Below are positions 49,285-59,985 of a DNA stretch of 64,000 nucleotides, in pieces. The stretch comes from the human T2T-CHM13v2.0 reference genome, Homo sapiens. The stretch lies in the NCBI RefSeq assembly GCF_009914755.1, contig NC_060936.1. One strand, written 5' to 3'. Every line of letters begins with the position of its first letter. Within the stretch, counting starts at the first letter, position 1. Made by a program: the position numbers and the translations under genes. The notes under the pieces were generated by a model. The model was not told the DNA's origin and searched no databases. It was given only the letters and a program-made list of their open reading frames with translations.

Positions 49285-49559
49285 CATTGCTATAAACGAT
49301 TCACCAGTCAATCATGTAAGTCAAATTTTCAAACACCTCCGGAGAACTGTTCCTAAAATGATGTTTCGAATCACACCACAACAGTGCATATAATTATTAA
49401 AATTTTCCCCTTTTCAGAGGATATCAATTAAGCGTGGCTGCTGAATTCATTAGCGAATGTTTAAATTTACAAATAAAGTAACATAAAATAGCATCCTCGC
49501 AATTTTTTAATAATCAGAGATAATGGAAGTCATACACTAAGTTCATCCTGTTCCTTTTC

Positions 49560-50230
49560 ATAAACTCAAACGCTCTCAAAGCAGCAGCGCGTTGAGAAGC
49601 CCCAAGAGTCTGCGCGGAACCAGTGCGCAGGCGCTCTGAGGGGCGGAAGCGGAGAGGCGGGGCTAGGCCCGACAGGGGAGCGGAAGAGGCCCAGGAGGCT
49701 GGGTGAGGCGCTGAGACGGTTTGGCGGTGAGTCCTGGGCCAGGCGCAGCTGAAAGGCCCGCAACCCGGGAAACGTCAAAACAAACAGAAGGACTTGGGAT
49801 TCCGGAGCAGTCGCCCCTATCGCTGCTCCTGCAGTTGCGGACGCCACCGACCCCGCCGCCGGAGGACTGGGCACTGAAAGGCCTCTAGGCCTAGGCGCGG
49901 CCCGCGGAGCCAGACGTGTTGCTGCCGTGAGTAAAACGAGCGCCCTCTCCGCACTCGTTTACAAATTAAAATGGAGGAAATTTCGTTGGCCAACCTGGAT
50001 ACTAACAAGCTAGAGGCCATCGCTCAGGAGATTTACGTAGACCTGATAGAGGATTCTTGTTTGGGATTCTGCTTTGAGGTGCACCGGGCAGTCAAGTGTG
50101 GCTACTTCTACCTGGAGTTCGCAGAGACTGGTAGCGTGAAGGATTTTGGCATTCAGCCAGTGGAAGACAAAGGAGCGTGCCGCCTCCCGCTTTGCTCCCT
50201 TCCCGGAGAACCTGGGAATGGGCCTGATCA
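49560..50230 (+). promoter_or_regulatory. CpG-island, TATA-less promoter and 5' region of ATXN7L3B
   Basis: Abrupt GC/CpG enrichment; NRF1-like TGCGCAGGCGC 49624-49634, ETS CGGAAG 49644 and 49681, GC box GAGGCGGGGC 49654-49663. Confidence 0.88.
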
Positions 50231-50264
50231 GCAGCTCCAGCGCTCACCTCCGGAATTCCAGTAG
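49971..50264 (+). CDS. ATXN7L3B: Ataxin-7-like protein 3B (retrogene of ATXN7L3/Sgf11), 97 aa
   Basis: [46 protein letters not shown] is the ATXN7L3 N-terminal ENY2-binding region; strong Kozak aaaATGG; intronless; no upstream ATG from 49680. Confidence 0.97.
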
Positions 50265-50910
50265 CTGCAAAATGAGAGTCTGAAAGTGGCCAGGACAATA
50301 ACATAGACTGGTCCTGTGGCTTCGAGGAGTAAGCTAAGTAGAAAAAAGTAGAAAAATCAGACAAAAGTTTTAATTCCCCCTTGAAGATCCTAGCATTTAA
50401 AAACCCAAAGTGGATAATTTAGGAATCCTTTTTTTAAAGTGTATTACCTGGAGCAAGCTCTGAAGCCCTGGGCAGGAGGAGCTGCACAGCCTGCGGGCCA
50501 TGCAGTGCCTGTTGATCTCTAAACACACCAGGATGTGCGCAAGATCCTGTAGTGCCCCCAGTGCACAGGTGAGCAGTTGTGTGCCCAGCATATAAAATTT
50601 TTGGTTCCTCAGCCTTTCTGTCTGCCTGATGTCAAGGGCTTCCTGGACAGTTTGGACGTTACAGTTCGTCAGGCCGTGATCAGTGGCCTGCAGTGGGACT
50701 GCTCCTTTGATATCTGAACCTCTGTTATGGGCTTCTCTGAGACAAGTAAATGTCAGGTGCAAGATCTGGATACTAACAGTTTCAGTTTGGGAAATCCAAG
50801 AAAAAGAATTATCAAGTTTGATAGGGAAGCTCTGTAGCCTTGACTCCAGCAAGAAGAAAAGGTCAAAACCACGTGTTTCCCAAAAGTCCAGACTACAATG
50901 ATTCAGCTGA
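50152..50910 (+). pseudogene. Decayed remainder of the parental ATXN7L3 CDS (Sgf11 ZnF, SCA7 domain, C-terminus), now alternative frame and 3'UTR
   Basis: Frame-hopping translation gives [57 protein letters not shown] and KKKRSKP, collinear with ATXN7L3 as I recall it. Confidence 0.88.
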
Positions 50911-52985
50911 CTTGAGGACAAGGCCTAGCATTTGGCTGAGCAGAGCCCTCTTCCTTGCCCTCCAACCTGGTGGCATAGGCTTGGCAAATGGACAACTTGG
51001 TTGTCCAGACAGGTTGAGGATTCGGTTATGATCCCCTGGGGAGGTAGCAGGGACCTCTGCAACTATGCATGATTTCTCAAACTTCAAGATTCATGTCTGG
51101 ATGTATTATGCTGTGGATATAAGTTTAGTAGGGCGGTCATTTCCTACTCTGAGTTACTGGTTACCTAGCCAGTCCATGGGTGTGACTTGGTCCTTAAGTC
51201 AGGTCACTATCTGCCTCCCACCCTGGGGGCAGGACTGAAGTATAGAAGAGCATCATGGCTGTGCAGGAGGCTGTGGTTTGAAAACTGAGCCCAGAGGGCA
51301 CTTTCAGCTGCCCTCAATAATGTGAATGGATTAGTGCTAGGAGCCAAGGAGCAGGACTGGATTATCTCATCTGACTGTGTGCAGAATCCTGTTGAATGTC
51401 CCTGTTTTCTTTGGTTGGGCAGTCAGAGCTCTGCTATGGTGAACATCCAGACTGTCACCACTTTCTGTCTGCCGCTCGAAAGGGATAGTCCTTTCCACTC
51501 GGTCCCCTTTGGATCTTCTTGACAACAGGAGCAGTCCTTTTATTGTTAGAAGTCAGAGAAAGACCTCCAGAATCTCCTGACTTTAGGGAATGGTATAGGG
51601 GAAGATGGGAAGTAAGAGTCACATATCAAAACTACCCTCCACTTTATTCCCTGAGCGAGGGTTTATGAAGTATAAAGGGGTGGGAGCCCCGAGGTGAGCG
51701 GGAACGGTGCTGCTTTATTTGAAATGTTTTCTTACCTCATTCTGTGCCCCAGTAGGGGGTCCAGCCTCATCTGTCTGGCTTGGCCCTGTGTTCCTCCTGT
51801 CCCCTGCTCCACTGCCTATCTGGTGCCCCAGGTGCTGCTTGCCACTCCAGCTGTCACATTGAACAGTTTCAATTCAGCTCTTAATGCTCCTGCTTCCGAA
51901 GCCTGCCCAATTTCTTTTTTCTTGGCCTCTGTTTTTTTTTTTCTTTCTTTTTCCCTTGTTTTTGTAGAAGACTCAGAGGAGAATCTTTCTTATGGCTCCC
52001 TCTGTTGAGATTGGAATTGGAAGAGAACTTAATTTTTTGTATTTAAAATGCAGTGTCATGCCTATAAGCATTTCTCCTATATAGGACTGCTTTGCTAGTG
52101 TGCCCTCTTGCTGTGTCTTACTTCATAAGGAGTTGTATCTTCCCACCTCCATTTCAATACTGCCGGTTAGGACCTAAGTAGAAGAGCAGTAAAGGCTGAT
52201 TGACACACAGGGGGATGGAGTTGGTCCTTGTCCATTCTCTCACCCTTGCTGTGCATGTATCAATCCTTATCCCAGAAGGTACTATTTAGACTGTATAGAC
52301 TGATTTAGATTACATACTTTAGAGGATTAAGGAAACCATAGAGTTTGGGCCTTGGAACTGTTACTGCCTTGTCCTAGAGTTGTCCTGATCAGGCTTGGGG
52401 CCTAGTTACAGATTAGTCTTAAAGAATTGCATTAACTTAAAAAAAATCAAACCTTGGCAAGAGCTAAAATAATTTGGAGATATCTTTGCCCTTGACTTGT
52501 AGACGACATCTAAGAGGATGAAGAAAGGAGAGTCTAAGTGAGACTCTGGCCTACTTCCTAACAATGTCTTGGAAGTGGGATGATGGTAAAGGAGAAAGGC
52601 CACAGTCCAATCCCTCTGCCTTCAGATAGGGAACTCAAATCCTGAAATTACTGTTTTCTTTCTGGCCTTTTCTCCTGGTTAGAGGAGGAAGCGGAAAGTA
52701 GTTTTGAGTAATACTTTGTTCATATTACCCCCCTTTTGTTTTTTGTTTCTGGCCCCTCTACCAATAGGGCAGTAGCCTCCTGCCCTGGATGGGTATAAGG
52801 TGGGCTTGGTCCAACAGGTTCCCAGAGGGTACATACTCCTTTCTGGGGAGAGAATGCTCCCTACCATATAGTTGACAGTGGTTAGGAACTCTCCCTTTCC
52901 CTACCTACCTTCCTTTTAATAGCAGAATTCCTATTTTTCCCTTGATTATGTGTATTGATCACCCTGCAATCCTATTATGTATCTG

Positions 52986-53012
52986 AGTGTGTGTGTGTGT
53001 GTATGTGTGTGT
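52986..53012. repeat. (GT)n microsatellite in the 3'UTR
   Basis: gtgtgtgtgtgtgtgtatgtgtgtgt. Confidence 0.9.
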
Positions 53013-53258
53013 TATGGGGGAAGGGGGGGGTTCTTTAAAATTTCTGTGGTTTGTGGCTTTTTCTTCCATACATTAGTTCCCACCATCGCATGCCCAGGGA
53101 CCACTGCCTGGCATTATCGCATGCTGGGATCATCGGGGGAGGGTAGTGAAGCTCACCACTGTCCTTTGTTTTGGAGATTTTTATTTTTGCATAAGTAGTC
53201 CATCCTATACAGATAGCTGATTAACTGTATTCCCCTTTCCCCTATGGCTGCTGGTGTA

Positions 53259-53306
53259 AATAAACTGCATCTCCCCATTGGTAAACAGTAATAAAATTTT
53301 AAAAAA
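53259..53306 (+). terminator. Tandem polyadenylation signals of ATXN7L3B
   Basis: AATAAA at 53259-53264 and 53290-53295, then an A-rich remnant; base composition returns to AT-rich background afterwards. Confidence 0.8.
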
Positions 53307-55299
53307 TGACTACTTGGTCCTTGGACTCTGTATATTCATCTTTTAAAGCTGTATGTTTTCAGGCATTGACATAATGAGATAAACGTTGAAATGCTATTGA
53401 ACCTTAATACTTCCTCCCTAACAGGAGTTTTATCAGAACAGAGAAACTGTCCAACCTTGTTTCTCAATTTGGCCTGCAAATTTAACTGTCTGTAGCATCC
53501 AGTGAAAGAGCCAAACCGTATACAATCATCCCTTTTCCATATGAGGTAAGAAGGTGGTAAGATAAATCCAGTCCTGTCACTAAAAGCCCACTGTGACAGA
53601 TAGTTCCATTTGAATTGAACTCAATGTATCTTAGTAAGTACATTTTACCATCATTTTAAGCTAATATCCTTGTTCTCAAAAGGTAAAGTGATTCACAGCA
53701 GACGATGGTTCTGCCTAATTTTTTTCTCCATACTTAAAAAATTACCTCAACACTTTAGATCTTTCATTTCATTTTTAATAGTAATTCTGAGGTTTTTCAT
53801 CCCATTCCTAACCCAGAGTTTGAGCACTTCCCCTAGAAACTACTTAGTGATCCTGTGTCCTAATCAGTCTCTTGCTATGTGTTCTAATTTATTAAAGTTT
53901 CGTATTGGAAATAATACTGAGATTAATAAAAATTACAGAAATGAGTCCAGAGAAGAATCTGACTCAATAGGATACCTCAGGGAAGCTTATAGATGTGTAA
54001 CATGGTATTGAGTCTTCTCTTCTAGGAGCACTCGATGTACTTGTCACTGTCCAGTTTAAATAGGCCAGGGCCAACGTGGTGATTTGAGAAAACTTAAAAA
54101 TTTGACGTGTGAAACCCATGATGTAACCATAGCAGGAGAAATTCTTCAAATGAAATTTCACCAAGATTGGGTATTTTGCCTTAAGTAAGATTTCTACTAC
54201 TTTTATTAAAATTCACTGTAGGGATCTACTATCAATTAGCTTTCAAATACATCTGCAGCAAATACTTTTGGTTCCTGTTTTGTAGGTTTGGAGTTTAATA
54301 TATTTAGTGCTAAGCTAATTAGTTTTCTAAAAAGATAATTGCAAGACCCCTGCTTTACCAAATACTTGACAATGGGACTTTGAAGGTTATTTCTTATGTT
54401 TTCTGACTAGTATGATCTTTAAAGAAAAAAAAAACACATTGCATACCTTTTAACTACCAATGTTTAACCTCCTAGATTTAGCATTTAACTACAGCATGTA
54501 CCATCAGGTCAAGAATCTGATAAATGATTGCTTGATGTTGACAAAGTGAAAGACAAAATGAAGTGTACTGAAGTAACTAAAAATTCAGGAAGAACTTTCT
54601 TGTGCACACATTAATAAGTAACATTGCCTTCTCTTAAGACCTATCTGAAGTGTTGTGAAGTTTTTCTTACAATTTTTTAAAAGAGATTTATGAAGAAACT
54701 ATGTGCTAAAAGCACAACAATTATTAAATTTATTTTCATGTTGGTGTTTAATTATGGTTAACGAATTGCCAGTTTTCAAGTCAGCCAGAGATAATACCAG
54801 ATTTCAGAAGTTTTACTCTGCTGTGAAGGATTACGAGCTCTCTGATTTTCATTTATGTTCCAAAAGATGCCCATAATGTTGCTTTGGAGGACAGCATTAG
54901 AAGTGATGTTCCTATTCAAAAAGGTTTTGTGGATAAACCTTAAACTCTTGGCGGTGTTTTTGTTTGTATTTGTTTTCCCATTTTTGAAAACATTTTCAAT
55001 CATATTTCTTGAGACTCATTGGAAATATGTGAGCTAAAAAGGAAATACTAAATTGATTTTAGAGATGAAAAAAAAATCTTCAGCAGCAGTGACTTGCCCA
55101 TAGTTCAAAAAGCAAAAATTTACAAGTGGTGGAAGCAAAAGTAGAATGCTGCTGTTGTGACTCCTAGGTCAGCGGTCTTTGTTGAAGCAATGGAGTAATA
55201 AATCAAACGACTAATTAAAAACAAAACAATGAAAAATCCATGATGCTTATGAACAACGTTAGGGCAATGAATTTGAAAACAAAAAAAGGGAAGTCTATT

Positions 55300-57300
55300 T
55301 TAAAATAGAACTCAAAAGTAACTCAAGGAATTGTTAATTTTTTAAGTAAATGAATACATCTATAACTTTTAAAACACCACACAATTAGAATTTTATAGAG
55401 AATACAGTAAATGAAACAACAACAACAAAAACAGGCAAAATAATACCAAAATAGATTTTTTTTTTAAATGAAGATGTTAGCAAACCAACTCCTTTAAAAT
55501 AACAAAAGTAAACATCAACAAGTCAGGTTAATCACAGGATGGCAAGATTTCATCTCAAAATCATCACATTACCATTAGAGAAAATCCATGTGAAAATTTG
55601 AACTGATACTGAAAAATAGTTTGAAAAAATTCAATACGAATTATTGCCTAAAAAACAAAGACATTAACAATATAGAAACCAAAGCTCAAGAACTTGTACA
55701 CACTGCAAAAGGGTATGTACCAAAAATCTACACCAGTTACTATACTTATTAATGAATACTTGGAAGCACTCCCTTTAAAAGCAGGAATGGAAGAAACAAA
55801 ATTTTTACTGTTCTAAGATGATATTTACATGAACAATTTTATAGAATCTAGAAACAGTTGTTCTCAGATGACATCTACATCTACATGGATAATTTTATAG
55901 AATCTACAAACATACCATTGAAAGTAGTGAGAAAATTTAGCAAAGTTACTGGATATAAGATCAATATCTAAAATCAGAATACCAACATTTAAAAAGTGTT
56001 ATTAAATTTAGAATGTAATTCAACAAGTTATAATAGTCCTATGAAATAATATCACAAGAACTGTGTAAGATTTTATAAAGAAAATAATATTTTCTAATAT
56101 GTTGGGAAAATCCCAAGTAAATGCAGAGAAGATGTTCACGCACAGAAAATGCAATCAATATCATTGCTCCAAATATGTGAATCGGAAGCAATCTGTATTA
56201 CAATCCAAATAGATGTGCTCATGGAACTTGACAAATTAATTTTAAGATTTATATGAACACCAGATGCTAGAATAGACAAGATCTTTTTGACAGATGTATA
56301 TTTTAGTTTTGGTGCAGAAACAATGGAATAGAATAGAGTTTAGAATTAGATCGAAACACACAGATTACACGTTTATGTCTTGATGTGTGGTTAAATTTGT
56401 ATTATAATCAGTGGAATATAAACCAGTATTGTGGAACAGATTATCCATAAATAATAAAACTGTGCTCAGACACAAAATTAATTCCTATATGGATTAAAGA
56501 TTTAATGTGTAAAAGTAAAAAATGTCAAATCTTTCTAGAAAAATATAGGAGGATGTGTTCATAATTGTGTATAAGGGGAAAATTTCTTAAAAGTACAAAA
56601 CATAGAGAAAAGATTGATGTGTTCGACCATAATAAAAATAGAACTTTCTGTTCATTAAATCATACTAGAAACAAACAAACCAATAACCTGATGTGCTAGT
56701 TGTTTAGTTCTTATAACTGATTAAAGATTACTAACAAAATAGTTGTACAATTGCCAAATGTATAAAGTAAAAGAACAGCTCATTCTTACAAAAAGAAATA
56801 TGAATGGCCAAAAAGTTGTAAAAGTTCCCTTAGGTTCAAAGAAATGCAAACTAAAAACAAAATACCAATTTACCCTACTCAGTATGATTAAATTTTTTTA
56901 AATGGTGATGACATCAACTCTGAAAGGCATATGGAGCAATTAAAACACTTAAACTGCTAGTAGGCTGTAAATTGGTAAAAAATGTTTTTAAAAGCAATTT
57001 AGAAATACCTGTTGTGGTTGAAGACAAAAGTAACCAATACCCCAATATTTCCACCTGTTGCAGCATTATATGTAATAGGGAAAAATTGAAAGTAATATAC
57101 CCATTTGGAATACATATAGTCACTATACTGAAGTGAGAATAAATTAACCAGAGCTGTACAAATAAAATAGTAAACCTATGTTCTTGTACTTTGTTGCCTT
57201 TCTTTTGATGTTTAACAATAGGCAAATCAATGCTGTATGTTGTTTAAATAATTGTGAATATGAAATAAAAACTATACCAAAAATATTGGATGAGACTTCC
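55300..57300 (+). mobile_element. Highly degraded old L1M ORF2/3' region
   Basis: A-rich strand with decayed ORF2 motifs (ggatataagatcaata, atggattaaagatttaa, gaaatgcaaactaaaa). Confidence 0.65.
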
Positions 57301-58652
57301 ACTTTCATGGTTATGTTCCTGTAGATAGCAGACTAATTGATATAGGACATCTGTATGCTAAATAAATTGAGGTAAAGATACTCTTAAATGCATTACTGTG
57401 TTCCCAAGGAAGTGAAGGAAATACCCAGAATACCCAGGTCTTTCTTCTAACGCACACACACCCCAAAGATACAAATGAAAACAGAAAAGGAGAGTGCACT
57501 GAGGAAAATATAGATACCATATGATACTGGGAGATTAGACCCTGATCATCACAAATTGAAACTGTAAATGCAAGATGCCTGAAATAAAGTTTATATCCTT
57601 GGTGAAAGGATGGGCAGAGTAAAACTAGATAGATTGATAAATGATTGATTAATGGGTGGACAGATAAGAGAAACCTTCATTACTTTAGAGAGAACAGATG
57701 AAAAAGAAAGACTCTGCTATTGCCTGAGGTGAAATGAATTGACTAAAATAATAACAGTCATGCCATTATCATCAACATTTACTTTGGGAATGTGTACCCA
57801 TACACTTGGTTTCACATAGCTACCCTACCCTGCCAGTCAGAGAAACTTTGACCTGAGAATTTCATAATGTATTGAAAATGATATTGTACCTCTTGGCTAC
57901 CTGACAAAATTTTGTTCCTTCAACATTTTCACAAAATATAAGTTTGCAATAAAAGAAGCATCTGTTTCTTTAAAGATTTCATTTATAGCCATCATACTTT
58001 TTATCTAATAAATCTGTTTACAAGAAAGGAATTCTAACTCTATAGTTTATTATTTCTGCTGACTATATATAATTAGAACTTTCTCAGAATTATTAGATAC
58101 AGAATATGGCCTTAAATGAAATCTGTACATTAGTAGATGGAATTTTAAACGAGCAAAGAACAGGAGAAAATAATGCAGTTTTAAAAATTAAAGTAATAGA
58201 AATAAAAGTGCAAAGAATGTATGCCAAAAAAATTTAACGTCATTGTATAGGTAAAATCTCAGTTTAATCAAGCTGGAAAAAGAGAAGGAATGAATCAGAA
58301 TGAAGCAGTTCATGCACAGCAGAGTAGTTGTGTTGCCTCCTTGTCTCCCAGTGATAAACTTACATGCTATTTTTTAAATAAAATAGATAATCAAAAAGTG
58401 AAAGTGCAGCAAAGAAAAAAAGTGATAACACTTGAATTGCAATTGAATATAATTAGAAGATTGCTGATCTTCAGAATGGTGACACAACATTCTAGAGGCC
58501 CAAGATATACAGCCAGAAGAACTCAGTCAATGAGAACATTGGCCGTAATGAAAAAGAATGAAGATGTTTCAGAAGAAACAAAGCTGTCAATAAACGACAT
58601 TAGGTGTTATGTCAGATATTTCAAGATACTGAAAGTGCAAAAGGTAAGTTGT

Positions 58653-59541
<889 letters not shown>

Positions 59542-59665
59542 GTCATAAGCTGATCCAGATTTAGGAGTATGTCAGTTCACCAAGGCACAGAAAAGGTGCT
59601 TGCTCTATATCTTGATTTACATATGAGAATATGAGAAGAAGGATAGCAACGTTCAAACTATTCTT

Positions 59666-59985
59666 CTTCTTCTTCTTCTTTTTTTTTTTTTTGTGTGTGT
59701 GTGTGACAGAGTTTAGCTCTGTCACCCAGGCTGGAGTGAAGTGGCATGATCCCGGCTTACTGCAACCTCCATCTCCCGGGTTCAAGTGATTCTTCTGCCT
59801 CAGCCTCACCAGCTGGGATTACAGGCACGTGTCATCATGCCCGGCTAATTTTTGTATTTTTAGTAGAGAGAGGGTTCCACAATGTTGGCCAGGCTGATCC
59901 CGAACCCCTGCCTGGCCTCAAGTGATCCACCTGCCTGGGCCTCCCAAAGTGCTGAGATTACAGGCATGAGCCATTGCGCTCGGTC
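59666..59985 (-). mobile_element. AluS with compound (TTC)n-Tn-(GT)n tail
   Basis: TSD GTTCAAACTATTCTT at 59651-59665 and 59987-60001. Confidence 0.94.

Noticed and set aside
49566-50020. Minus-strand ORFs across the CpG island
   Set aside because: Stop-poor GC-rich sequence, low-complexity products, no homology
50397-50921. 174-aa antisense ORF over the ATXN7L3B 3'UTR
   Set aside because: Starts at TTG, has no recognisable homology, and lies opposite GC-richer fossil coding sequence where long shadow frames are expected
51694-52008. 104-aa hydrophobic ORF in the 3'UTR
   Set aside because: GTG start; hydrophobicity comes from T-rich tracts; no family resemblance
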